Assembly: GCA_030390025.1 (NCBI GenBank)
Contig: CM059431.1
Span: 138,944,001-139,008,000 of the forward strand
Length of the DNA stretch: 64,000 nt
Reading direction: 5' to 3'
DNA from: Squalus acanthias
Taxonomy: Eukaryota
The position numbers and the translations under genes are program-made. This document shows positions 50,516 to 63,319 of the stretch, piece after piece. The notes beneath the pieces were generated by a model. That model was not told where the DNA came from, did not search any database, and saw only the letters and a program-made list of their open reading frames with translations. The first letter of the stretch is position 1. Every line of letters starts with the position of its first letter.

Positions 50516-50945
50516 TTTCTTTCTAATTTCTGCCTCCGGGAATTCCACAATCTCATAAATCTCCATGTAAAGAGGTTTCTCCCACCCTCAGATCTAAATC
50601 GCGTCTCCGTCAATTCCACAATCTCATAACTCTCCATGTGAAGAAGTTTCTCCTACCCTCAGATCTAAATCGCTTCCGCATTTAAAAAAAATCTATGGCG
50701 GTTAGTTCTTGATCGCTCAAATAATGGAAGGTGTCTGCTTCTATCTATCATGTCCCGTCCCTTCTTAACTTAAATCACCTGGGTAACACTTGCCAAAATA
50801 TATGAGTCTGGTATCAATGCACAGTCGAGTGAAAGTCAGGAAAGTAGTTAAGATGGTTAATTGCTAGCTTACTCTTGGAGATGGTTGTGTTCTTGCTTTA
50901 GCTGAAAAAAGAAAATAAAGTATTTGAAAGCCTGACAAATTCCCC

Positions 50946-52336
50946 AAATTACAGACCGGTAAGCCTGACATTGGTATTGGGGAAAATGCTAGAGTCCATT
51001 ATAAAGGATGTAATAGCTGAGCACTTGAAAAACAGTGACAGGATCGGACAAAGTCAACATGGATTTACAAAAGGTAAATCGTGCTTGACTAAACTACTGG
51101 AATTTTTTGAGGATGTAACTGGGAAAATAGATAAGGGAGAACCAGTACATGTGGTGTACTTGGACAATCAAAAGGCTTTCAATAAGGTTCCGCATAAGAG
51201 ATTAGCGTGTAAAGTTAAGGCACATGGGATTGGGGGCTAGGTATTGACTTGGATAGAGAACTGGTTGGCGGACAGAAAGCAGAGAGTAGGAATTAATGGG
51301 TCTTTTTCCGAGTGGCAAGCAGTGAGTAGTGAGGTACCGCAGGGATCGGTCCTTGGACCCCAGCTATTCACAATATACATTAATGATCTAGATAAGGGAA
51401 CTAAATGTAATATCTCCAAGTTTGCAGATGACACAAAGCTGGGTGGGCGTGTGTGCTGCGAGGAGGATACCGAGAAACTCCAGGATGATTTGGACAGGTT
51501 GGGTGAGTGGGCAGAAGCGTGGCAGATGCAATATAACGTGGATAAGTGCGAGGTTATCCACTTTGGTGTCAAAAACAGAAAGGCAGACTATTATCTGAAT
51601 GGCAATAGATTGGGAGAATTGGAAGTGCAACGAGACCTGGGTGTCCTTGTGCACCAGTCGCTGAAAGTAAGCATGCAGGTGCAGCAGGCGGTGAAGAAGG
51701 CAAATGGTATGTTGGCCTTCATAGCGAAATGGTTTGAGTATAGGAACAGAGATGTCCTGCTGCAGTTGTACAGGGCCTTGGTGAGATCACACCTTGAGTA
51801 CTGTGTGCAGTTTTGGTCGCCTTATCTGAGGAAGGATGTTCTTGCCATGGAAGGAGTTCAGCGAAGATTCACAAGGCTGATACCTGGGATGGCAGGAATG
51901 ACATATGAGGAGAGATTGGGTCGATTGGGCTTATACTCGCTGGAGTATAGAAGAATGAGAGGGGATCTCATCGAAACTTATAAAATTCTGACAGGTCTGG
52001 ACAAACTAGATGCAGGAAGAATGTTCCCGATGGTCGGAGAGTCCAGAACCAGGGGTCATAATCTAAGGATAATGGGTAAGCCATTTAGGACAGAAATGAG
52101 GAGGATTCTCTTCACCCAGAGAGTGGTGAACCTTTGGAATTCTCTACCACAGAAGGTAGTTGAGGCCAAGTCATTAGATATATTTCTTAAAGCTAAAGGT
52201 ATCAAGGGATATGGGGAGAAGGCAGGTACAGGGTACTGAGTTTGGATGATCAGCCATGATCTCATCGAATGGCGGAGCGGGCTCGAGGGCCCGAATGGCC
52301 TACTCCTGCTCCTATCTTCTATGTTTCTATGTTTCT
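50946..52336 (+). mobile_element. CR1 LINE, 5'-truncated, young subfamily
   Basis: 331-aa RT and C-terminal ORF, 3' UTR and (TTTCTATG)n tail. Confidence 0.95.
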
Positions 52337-53524
52337 ACATTGGGACAATTCAAGGGCGATCCTAATCAAACACCCACCGACCTCCAATCCATTGATAGAT
52401 AGGCAGAAAGGGCAGGAATCGTTTGTATCGGCACTGTAAGATCCTGGGATATCGCCGTGTTTGCAGAAGTGATGCGTTTTGCATGAAGCAACCAGCATGC
52501 TCTATGCGTGATGAAGATATTCTGAGGTACGGAGCCAAACCTTGGTCAGTTAGGCAGACAGCACCATTACATGAAATGGTTAATGTGGCTCTGGAGAGTG
52601 AGATTCGTCAATTTCAAGAAACTTTAATCATTTGGTAGCAGTTTTGGAAGACAGTTAGTTCTACAAGTTCAATAGATACAGAAACAGACAGTCTTACTGT
52701 TAAAAGTTTCACTTGGTGCAATTGCAATTATATGGATCAAGACTGAGAGTATCGATCGGATAAATCACTTAAAATATCTCTGTGTAGAGTTTTATTTTAA
52801 CTTTGATATCATTAGGTATTGCAGATATGCGAGGATTGTCAAGTACAGGGAGTGAGAAAAATGAATAAAAATGTATTCGGTTTTTGTAAAGACCCAAAAT
52901 ACTGAGCTCAGGACTGTTATATGTTTGGGTCACCACCCAACCATCATCAGGTGTGGTTCACATTTCTAACTTTTAAGTGTGTGTTTAAGTAATATTACAT
53001 ATATTATGTGCTTAATAAACCTATGGCACCTCACTCCAATGTTCAAGAACATTATTGAAAAGCTTATGCTGACAATAGCTTTTGTACTTTAATTGTGAAT
53101 GGGCTCCATTTACTAACTGTGATTAAGTGCCCCCTTTACCCGTCACTCTTTAACGTTCCACTTGACCCAGACGTTCTCCAAAACCAAAATCCTCTTGGTT
53201 GCAGGGCCTCGTGGAGCCCGGGTTCTGCAAATCCGGCTAGCATCCAGCTTCTGGGAAAAGTGGTGATTAGTTGCGGGCGGTTTTGTGTAAGAGCCACATT
53301 CTCATTTACCTGGATGCGGACAACCAGCAGTATTTAAGGCCCGAGTAAGGCAGCCGCCAAAGGTTTTAGTTCCATCAGTCAGCGATGTTCTGCACCCAGC
53401 TACAATCCCGAGAAGGCGACCTGCAGTCAACCACATCATCCAAACTGCACAGGTAAAATAGAAAGCAAAGGCATGAATAATTAACCATTACATTACCGGG
53501 TCACATTCAATCTGATGTGGTTGT

Positions 53525-54070
53525 GATTCCCGTCTCCTATTTCTAATTAACCAGTTGTTGTATTCCCTTGTGTTTCTCAATTTCTAATTAAACATTTACT
53601 GTGTTTCTATGACATTCCCATCTCCTCTATTTCTAAATAAACAGTTACTGTCTCCCCAGTCACCTACTTTTATATTAATAGTTATTTACTGTGTTACCCC
53701 ATGTCTCCTTTTATTCTATTTCTAATTGGACAGTTAGTTGATTCCCCTGAATGTCCGTGTCCTCTATTTCTAATTGAACAGTTGCTGTCTTCCACTGTCC
53801 CCTTCTTCTAAATGAAGGGTTATTGTGTTCCGCTGGTCCCTATTTCTAATATCAGTTGCCATATTCCCCTGACCTCTTTTCCAAATTAAGCCATTACTGT
53901 GTTCCCCTATATTCCCTTTATTCTATTTCTAATTAACAGTTCGTTGGTTCCACTTAATTTTCCTGTTCTCCATTTCTAATTAAACATTTACATTGTTCCC
54001 CTAAATTTCCCTTTATTCTATTTCTATTTATGCTTCTCGTGTTCCGCTGAATTCCCCTGTCCTCCAGTTT
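53525..54070. repeat. Degenerate tandem repeat (CTATTTCTAATTAAACAGTTACTGTGTTCCCC core)
   Basis: About 12 recurrences of TTTCTAATT. Confidence 0.7.
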
Positions 54071-54386
54071 TCATTCGAAAGATGAGGAGCAAGTCTCTTC
54101 CATAGATCGACCGTCGCTCATAGAAATAACGGTTCCAGAAATTAGTTTTGAATTTACCCCCACCAATCTCAGGCCATGTCCTCTGGTTTTACAGTTCTGG
54201 ACAAGGTGAAACAGCTCGTTAAGATCCACTTTACCTGGTGGATAAAGAACAGTGTCTCGCACATATTCAGGTCCCAGATATTCCTGTGCCCTTTTTATGT
54301 TTGTCATAGGATTGTTAACATGGAAAGGGTAATGGAACTTCTGGTGCTGAGGCCAGCTACAATTCAACAGTTTCAGTGGTTTACAC

Positions 54387-55845
54387 GGGGCCGTATTTTG
54401 CGGACTTACGGGTGCGTACGAGGTGCGCACGAGTCCGTAGGGGCCGCGTAAGTTCTGGGTTTAGGCATGCGAAGCGCATGCGCTAAAAAATTGGAAATTG
54501 CGAGCTTGCGCAGATTTGCGCTATTTGTCCAACTACTGGCCAGCAGTTACTGACGAAACTGCAACGACAGAGAAAAAAAGCAGGCGGACAGCCGGCATTC
54601 TATCTAAAGAAGAAGCAGGAAGAAGACGTGGAAGTCAGGGGGCTGGAAACCGGACTGTTTTACCTTTTAAAGTTAACAAAGTTCTTGTTATAAAGCCTGA
54701 TTTAAGTTTCTAACAACTTTAATTTGTTGAATATTTCTTTGGTTTTAGATGTAGTTCTGAGGAGTGTCGGTGATTAGAAGAGGAACTTTCGCTGTGGACA
54801 AGGTGAGCATTCTGTTCAAATAGATTTCTTCTTTTTAACCTTGAAAATGACTGTTTAAAAATGATTTTGTTCACATTTACTCATGTTTAAAATTATGCCA
54901 AAATATACGAATGTTTTAAATGTTAACTTTTTTATGCTGTTTAAAAATTAATGTATGACTTTGTAAAATGTTTTAAACGTCTTAGAAATTGTTCTCGGGC
55001 GGTGATATTGATCAGGCGGGTCTGACGGGCGGCCGATCCGATACCGCCCGTTTCACATCACCGCCCGCCGTGAATTTCTTACATCTCACTTTATTAATAT
55101 GACGTTTACAACTCTTTCCATTTCTTCCCAACAGTTACTGCATCTATTTAAAGAGGAATCCTGTGCGGTAGAATCATGCCTCATGAGGAGTTTGTCCCGA
55201 TCTTTTGTGTGATTCTGGCCCATAGATTCGAAAACGCCAGGGAACAATAATGAAGACTGAGGAACCATGACCGCCACCTAATCAGGAGGATCTACTACCC
55301 ACCCAGAGAGGGTACAGGGAGAGGCTGTCTTTTCAGATGCTGTTGCAGGATTTGTGTGTGAGGAGGCTGCGCTTTTGTAAAGAGACATTTGACCTACTAT
55401 GTGACATGTTGAAGGACGTCCGTCAAACACGCTCGAAGACCCTCACTGCCTTGTCAGTGTCCATGAAGGGAACCACAGCACTGAACTTCTTTGCATGCGG
55501 GTCAGTTCAGTCAGGCACCAGTAACATTTCAAACATCTCCCAGAGTGCTCGAGGACCTGCATTCACCAGGTCACAGATGCCATATTCCGCAGGGCTTCAG
55601 AGTTTAAATAACAGCAAACATTAAAAAATTGTCAGATATTCCCCCTCGCGTCTGTGCCTGAGGATCGAAGGAGGTGAATTGTGCAAAAGGTGGCACCCTA
55701 CTGTCTCCTGTGCTTTCCCCCTCCCCGTGACTGGAGACCTCTGACCCAAGTGAAAGGCCCCTGTGGACAATCTCTGGCCCTTCAGCAACTGGCTCGTGAC
55801 AGGGTTAGTGCTGCTGCTGCTGCTGCTGAAAGGCAAGATATACAT
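54387..55845 (+). mobile_element. Degenerate Harbinger: left end plus transposase N-terminal remnant (about 55285-55620)
   Basis: GGGGCCGTATTTTG end. LCVRRLRFCKETFDLLCDML..TALSVSMKGTTALNFFACGSVQ..SNISQ is homologous to the 19593 transposase. Confidence 0.75.
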
Positions 55846-55859
55846 GCAGATTAAAACTA

Positions 55860-56430
55860 CCTCTACACCGTCCCATCAAACACTCCCAGGTCAGGTACAG
55901 CATGGGTTACATACAGTGTAAAGCATATTTAAACTGCCGATAAAATACTCCCACGAAGGTCACATACAGAGTAAATCTCCCTTCGCACTATCCCATCAAA
56001 GACGCCCACGAAAGGTCCAGCACGGGGTAGATAAAGAGTGAAGCTCCCTTCACACTATCCCATCAAAGACCCCAAGGTGAGTTACAGCACGGGGTAGATA
56101 TAGAGTAAAGCTCCCTCCATACTATCCCATCAAAGACTCCAAAGTGAGGTACAGCACGTGTCGCATACAGAAAGTTCCCTTGACACTGTTCCATCAAACA
56201 CTCCCAGGGCAGGTAGGCAGCAGTTGGATACATTGTAAATCTCACTCTATTATCGTTTATCAAGCACAGTGAACTCAGATACAGCATTAGGTCAAAGCAG
56301 CGTACAGCTCCTCTTAAACTACCCAATGAATCTCACCATCTCACGTACAGCATGGTATGAATACAGGCCAGAAATCCCTGTACATGTGAGTATCACGCAC
56401 TCCCAGGTGAGGTATGGGCGTGTTTTACAT
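55860..56430. repeat. Degenerate tandem repeat of about 65 bp
   Basis: TCCCATCAAACACTCCCAGG..GGTACAGCACGGG..AGATACAGAGTAAAGCTCCCT repeated. Confidence 0.8.
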
Positions 56431-56764
56431 ACCAGTGAATCCACAGCCAAATTATCGCATCAAATACCGAGCCTTTTGCCAGAAATTAAACGGCGCCCAA
56501 TAGCTTGATATAATCTCACCTTGAAAAAATCCTGTACTGATGGGTTCTCAGCCTTTCCAATCATTGATGAAGCTTCCTGGTTTATGCCGTCTTGTCCAAT
56601 GGGAGTGTTAGTCACACCAGGTCTGTTCTGTGAAATCAGAGACCTTTCTGTAGTCCCAGTTAGTTCATAAAATCAGCGTCAGTTCTTTATATTATCGGCC
56701 CGCACCACAGAAAATACTCCTGACCCCGCAAAAGAGGCAGGAAATCCCCCTTAGAGAGACCACA

Positions 56765-57045
56765 TTGGCACGGGTGTGGGGATTGAATCCCTGTTGTACT
56801 GGGAGGCTCTCTGAATCTGTTGCTGAGGCCCATGTGCTGCCTTTGGCCGATACTACAATGGGGCTGGTGTGGGGAATGAAACCATGTTGTACTGCAGTCT
56901 CTCTGAATCTGTTACTGAGGCCCATGTGCTGCCTTTGGCCGACACTACAATGGGGCTGGTGTGGGGAATGAAACCATGTTGTACTGGGAGTCCCTCTGAG
57001 TCTGTTGCTGAGGCCCATGTGCTGCCTTTGGCCGACAGTACAATG
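56765..57045. repeat. 92-bp tandem repeat, 3 copies
   Basis: GTGTGGGGAATGAAACCATGTTGTACTG...GAGGCCCATGTGCTGCCTTTGGCCGA x3. Confidence 0.9.
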
Positions 57046-57059
57046 CCTTCCCAGCACGG

Positions 57060-57800
57060 TGTTAGAGTTTGAAAATGACACGCCGGGAGTTGCTGGGTAG
57101 ATTCAGTTTATTGCAGAATGACTGGAACCAAGTGAACTCAGAAAGTCCACCAGTGGGTGAAAGCCCTTTGCTCCGGGCTGTAAAAGCCAACATTCCCCTG
57201 TCGGAATCACTGGCCATGACGGGAGCGCCTGGATTTGCTCAGAGTTACCGGCGTTTAGTGAATTTGGCGAAGAGGGTCTGAGAGCCATTGATCCTGGAGC
57301 TGAATTTCCATCAATCGACACTGGACCTCAAGATCCCATTCAGCTGTGGACAGACTCCAAGAGCTGTACGCATGGGTCGAGGATTTCTGGGACTATCGCT
57401 TTGTGTCCGGAATGGTCTGTCCGGAATGATTCCACTCTTTAAAGAGCCGGGAAAGAATCCTTCAGCACCTTGCACTCCCTCCATGGTCTGTGGGATCTAC
57501 AGCCCGATCCTCTGTTGGGATCCAGTGCGTCGTCTCACGGGAGCATCACAACCATCAAGGCCTTTCTCACAGTTTTACTCCTGAGCCCTCAGCCCCATGG
57601 GATTAACTCTATGAACAGTAAGTTCAGGAATCTAATCCTTTTTAATCAGTAGTATTTCTCTATTTGGAGTTCCAGCTCCTGCTCGCTCCCCTAGTTTACC
57701 AGGAGTTCACTGATCAGGTGTCCCTTCATTTCTTTGCGATGGTTGTTATTTTCACCATCCTGTGATCCCCTGGCCTGCAGCAGCGGTCGCGGTTTGTGGT
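57060..57800 (-). mobile_element. Possible LTR-like fragment
   Basis: The minus strand ends ...GCAATAAACTG...CTCTAACA at 57060; the other end is not defined. Confidence 0.3.
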
Positions 57801-57875
57801 TATAATGCTTTGTGTCTCAGCTGAATGTAATGTTTGAATTCATATCTTTCCAGTAATTGTTTGTAAATGATATTG

Positions 57876-59871
57876 GACTGGGTACTGTGCAATGAGAAGG
57901 GACTAATTAGTAATCTTGTTGTACGGGGACCCTTGGGTCAGAGCGATCATAACATGATCGATTTCTCACTCGAAATGGAGAGCGAAGAAATTGACTCAGA
58001 GACTCAGGTCCTGAATTTAAACAAGGGGAATTATGATGCCATTAGACGGGAACTGAGTAGGTCTGATTGGACAACGTTCCTGGGAGGACTGGAGGTAGAT
58101 AAACAATGGCAAGCATTTAAAGATAGAATGACAAAATTGCAAAAATTGTTTATACCAATCTGGCATAAAAGGAAATCTAAAAAGGTGACTCAACCGTGGA
58201 TAACAGGGGAAATTAGAGACAGCATAAAATCCAAAGATAGGGCGTATAAAATAGCCAAAAAACGCGCCAGAGCGGAAGATTGGGAACAGTTTAAGATAGA
58301 GCAAAGGAGGGCAAAGGGCTTAATCAAGAAGGGCAAAATAGCTTACGAAAGCAAGCTGGCGGAAAATATAAAAACTAACTCCAAAAGCTTTTATAAGTAT
58401 ATCAAGAGGAAAAGACTGGTGAAAACCAAAGTTGGTCCATTGCAGTCAGATACGGGGGAATATATAATGGGAAATAAGGAAATGGCAGACCAACTAAATG
58501 CATACTTTGGGTCAGTCTTTACGAAGGAAGACACAAAAAACCTCCCTGGGATATCGGGAAAAATAGGGACATTGGCAAAGGAGGAACTGACGCAAATCAA
58601 TATCTCTAAGGATATGGTGTTAAGGAAGCTAAAGGGATTGAAGGCGGACAAATCCCCAGGGCCTGATAACATGCATCCTAGGGTACTGAAGGAGGTGGCC
58701 CTAGAGATAGCGGATGCACTAAGCATGATTTTTCAGAATTCATTAGACTCGGGAACAGTGCCCATGGATTGGAGGGTAGCTAACGTTACCCCCACTATTC
58801 AAAAAGGGGGGTAGGGAAAAAGCAGGTAATTACAGACCTGTAAGCCTTACATCAGTTGTGGGCAAAATGCTGGAGTCCATCATTAAGGATGAAATAGCCG
58901 AGCACTTAGCAAATGGGGACAGGATAGGACAGAGTCAACATGGATTTACAAAGGGTAAATCGTGCTTGACTAATCTATTGGAATTTTTTGAGGGAGTAAC
59001 TGGTAAAATAGATGGGGGAGAGCCAGTAGATGTGGTGTACCTGGACTTCCAAAAGGCCTTCGATAAGGTCCCACATAAAAGATTAGCATGGAAAATTGAA
59101 GCTCATGGGATAAAGGGGAAAGTATTGACGTGGATAGAGAACTGGCTGTCAGATAGAAAACAGAGAGTTGGAATAAACGGCTCATTTTCTGAATGGCAGG
59201 CAGTAACAAGTGGGGTACCACAGGGATCTGTCCTGGGTCCCCAGCTGTTCACAATTTATATTAATGACCTGGATCAGGGAGTCGAATGCAGCATTTCCAA
59301 ATTTGCAGACGACACTAAACTAGGAGGGGGGGTGGGCTCAGAGGAGGAGACCAGGAAGCTCCAGAGCGATTTGGACAGACTGGGTGATTGGGCGGATAAA
59401 TGGCAGATGCACTATAATGTGGACAAGTGCGAAGTTATCCACCTTGGGTGCAGGAACGGGAGGGCAAATTATTATTTAAATGGCAATAAATTGGGAGAGG
59501 GGGAAGTACAGAGAGACCTGGGTGTTCTTGTACACCAGTCACTGAAGGCGAGCATGCAGGTGCAACAGGCGGTCAAGAAGGCAAACGGTATGCTGGCCTT
59601 CATAGCAAAAGGGTTGGAATACAGGAACAGGGATACCTTGCTGCAGCTGTACAGGGCACTGGTGAGACCACACCTCGAGTACTGTGTACAGTTTTGGTCG
59701 CCTCATCTGAGGAAAGATGTTCTTGCCATGGAGGGGGTGCAGCGGCGATTCACCAGGCTGATACCAGGAATGGCGGGATTGACCTATGAGGAGAGACTAT
59801 GTAGTTTAGGGATGTACACACTGGAGTTTAGAAGATTGAGAGGGGACCTCATAGAAGTGTATAAAATTCTG
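57876..59871 (+). mobile_element. Internal CR1 ORF2 fragment (no 5' end, no 3' UTR or tail) inserted in the copy 3 intron
   Basis: Open for 2 kb apart from a +1 C near 58790. The flanks rejoin as TAAATGATATTG|AATACAGCTGAC, matching copy 2 intron TAAATTATATTGAATACAACTGAC at about 46484-46507. Confidence 0.92.
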
Positions 59872-60641
59872 AATACAGCTGACATCTGATGCCGCTCCCG
59901 AGATTCCCCTCGCCATTTAAACCGATGAGATTAAATGTAAAATTCCATCGATTGCTCCCTGGGGCCGCTGTAGTAACTCATCAAATTGGCTCGGTGTATC
60001 ACATGGTCCCAGCCCCATGGCGGGATGGTTTCAGCACTCCACACTACAATGGAACATGTGTTTGTATGTATGTAAGGGAATCCGCTTCTTTATTGTCTCT
60101 CGAATACGAACAAGTTACAGAACCATCCAAGGTTGCCCTTTAAGGGGCTTTTATCTGTAACTGTACCGTCCCTGCGAGGTACTCCGGCTTGACCTGGACC
60201 GCACAGTTAGATTGTGAATGGAGGCTCAGTCCAGTGTCAGGGGCGATAGTGATTGAAATGACAATCGGGAGAGATGTATGACGGTCGGCTGATCAAATGT
60301 CGCCGGTTTTACATTATCTCACAAAGTTAATATCCTCCTATATCAGTGCCTGGTTGTCTGTGGTGGTGGGGATCGCTCTCCGTGTCCATTCCAGATACTG
60401 AATCCGAGCGACCCTCCTCCCCGCGCCGCCTGGACAACATCTGACTGAAGTATGCTGGAAGGATGGTCATTCTCAGTCCCTCTATAGTGAGTGTAGAATG
60501 ATGCGTTTATTTTGAAGAACATGTCGACAACGCTCACCTATATTAAAAATAATAGGAACACATCTCAACATTTCCCCACAATAAGCTGTGAGATTTATCT
60601 GAGTGTCCCCGTTACTGACCTTCTGCCCCTTTTTCTCACTG

Positions 60642-61535
60642 CGAACCTACTGACAATGATGATTCTCTCCAGAGGAACCTGCGGCCTTTCCAAGTGTATC
60701 TCTGTCAACATGTTGACCATGGCAACAGCAGATCTACTGTTCATGATCCTCAATGTATAGTGTATCACATGTGTACAAATCACTTTCCACATTCCTTCCT
60801 GTCGTACACTGCAGTTTGTATGAAAATTATTTACATCCATTCTGCCAGCTTGGATATGTCGGTGTGGTTTACAATCTTGTTCACATTTGAACGATTTCTA
60901 GCCTTATGTTGTCAGAGTTTGAAAACAAGTAATTGCAGAGTGAAAACTGCGGCTGTGCCCATAACAACGGTCTCTGTCCTGATCTATTTACAAAGCATTC
61001 CAGATTTGATTGCCTATAAACCTGATCGAATAATTAACAATATTCATTGGGGTTGTTACCCCGGATTGGACTATTTTTCATCGCCTGCAGGTGTCGGGTT
61101 CTCCCGGTTACAAGGTATTTTAACGATGTGGAGTCCATTTGCTTTGATATTACTGTTTAATTGCTTGACAATCAGACGTATTTTGATGGCCTGTAGAGCT
61201 CGCAGGGTACTCCGGGGTCACAGCTGTGAGAATCAGAGCGATCCAGAGATGGAGAACCGGAGCAAATCCATCATTTTACTGTGTATCGGGCAGTTTAATA
61301 TTGTTTTCGCTGACATCTGCCGGAGGTTTTTTAACTGACAAATCCCGCTCATAAGCCACCCGATTATACATCTAATGCACACATCGCCACAGCAAGTGGG
61401 CTTATGCTCATGTATTTGATTTCCTGCACAAACACGTGTATTTATGCAGCTACAGAAACTAAATTCAGGGAAGAGCTGAAGAAGATGGTGAAATCTCCTT
61501 GAACATTTATTCTGATTTTGGTTAAATTAATGTAA
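60642..61535 (+). pseudogene. GPR139-like GPCR copy 3, exon 2 only
   Basis: Same TM motifs as copies 1 and 2. Acceptor AG mutated to TG (60640-60641), frameshifts near 60757 and 61280. Intron homology to copy 2 at 57812-57875 and 59872-60230. No exon 1 found. Confidence 0.88.
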
Positions 61536-61885
61536 CATTAAAGCAAAGCTTCCTGTCCTAACTGGAGTTAAATTACAGCCCGTGTTCCATTTCGGAATGA
61601 CCGTCTTTCTGTTGGGACGGAAACCAATTGTTGTTGTGAAAATGAGCAGGAATCAGAAAAGATTTACTCCAATTTGTGCCGGGTGTTTGATGTCTGCTGC
61701 TTTCCCCGGGTGAACATAATCGATTCCCGCTAAAACAGCGACCTTCCCGCTCAATATTGAAAGAGATTTCCTATCAATGCAAGTTGCTGTTGTAGTGTAA
61801 TTGATCAGAGATTGTTTGCTGAGCTCAGTCAATAACTCAAGTTGTTGTTGTAGTGTAATTGATCAGAGATTGTTTGCTGAGCTCA

Positions 61886-62862
61886 TATCAATGACTTAGA
61901 TGAGGGAACCAAATGTAATATTTCCAAGTTTGCTGACGACACAAACCTAAGTGGGATTGTGAGTTGTGAGGAGGATGCAAAGAGGCTTCAAGGTGATTTA
62001 GACAAGTTGAGTGAGTGGGCAAATACATGGCAGATGCAGTATAACGTGGATAAATGTGAAGCTTTCCACTTCAGTAGGAAAAACAGAAAGGCAGAGTATT
62101 ATTTAAATAGTGATAGATTGGGAAATGTTGATGTACAAAGGGACCTGGGTGTCCTTGTACACCAGTCACGGAAAGCAAACATGCAGTTGCAGCAAGCAGT
62201 TAGGAAGGCAAATGGTATGTTGGCCTTCATTGCAAGAGGATTTGAGTACAGGAGCAAGGATGTCTTACTGCAGTTGTACAGGGCCTTGGTGAGACCACAC
62301 CTGGAGTACTGTGTGCAGTTTTTGTATCCTTACCCAAGAAAGGATATACTTGCCATAGAGGGAGTGCAGCGAAGGTTCACCAGACTGATTCCTGGGATTG
62401 CAGGACTGTCGTATGAGGAGAGATTGGGTCAACTAGGCCTGTATTCCCAAGAGTTTAGAAGAATGAGAGGGAATCTCATTGAAACGTTTAAAATTCTGAC
62501 AGGGCTAGACAGATTGAATGCAGGGAGGATGTTTCCCCTGACTGGGGTGTCTACAACGAGGGGTCACAGTCTCAGGATACAGGGTAGGACATTTAAGACT
62601 GAGATGAGGAGAAATTTCTTCACTTAGAGGGTGGTGAACCTGTGGAATTCTCTACCACAGAAGGCTGTGGAGGCCAAGTCACTGCATATATTGAAAGAAG
62701 GAGATAGATAGATTTCTAGACACAAAAGGCATCAAGGGGTATGGGGAGAGAGCGGGAATATGCTATTGAGATAGAGGATCAGCCATGATCATATTGAATG
62801 GCGGAGCAGGCTCGGAGGGCCAAATTGGCTACTCCTGCTCCTATTTTTCTATGTTTCTATGT
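61886..62862 (+). mobile_element. CR1 3' fragment
   Basis: KFADDT..., LVRPHLEYCVQF, 3' UTR and TTTCTATG tail. Confidence 0.93.
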
Positions 62863-63122
62863 ATCTGAGTCAATGGGACTCTCTCTGACCTTTCTCCTCA
62901 GTCCATCTCCAGGACCAGTGTGTATCTGAGTCAATGGGACTCTCTCTGACCTTTCTCCTCAGTCCATCTCCAGGACCAGTGTGTATCTGAGTCAATGGGA
63001 CTCTCTCTGACCTTTCTCCTCGGTCCATCTCCAGGACCAGCGTGTATCTGAGTCAATGGGACTCTCTCTGACCTTTCTCCCCAGTCCATCTCCAGGACCA
63101 GCGTGTATCTGAGTCAATGGGT
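62861..63122. repeat. 61-bp tandem repeat, about 4.3 copies
   Basis: GTATCTGAGTCAATGGGACTCTCTCTGACCTTTCTCCTCAGTCCATCTCCAGGACCAGTGT. Confidence 0.95.
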
Positions 63123-63319
63123 CTACCTCCCTCTCCCTTTATGACAGAGGCGGGCTGTGTTTGGCTGTGCGGGGCAGGGCAGGAAGGTTTCTAGCGATAA
63201 GTGAGGCATCTTAATCAGAATATTCAACAATCAGAACCAGCATTAACTGTGGCTCAGTGCAGGAACACTCGGACTGAACTGTCCCCGTGTTGGAGAGCGA
63301 GAGACAAGAGGATCACATA

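Noticed and set aside
50946..52336. CR1 copies beside blocks A and A' as part of the inverted duplication
   Set aside because: Both are on + with different 5' ends, and they are far more similar to each other than A is to A', so they are independent later insertions.
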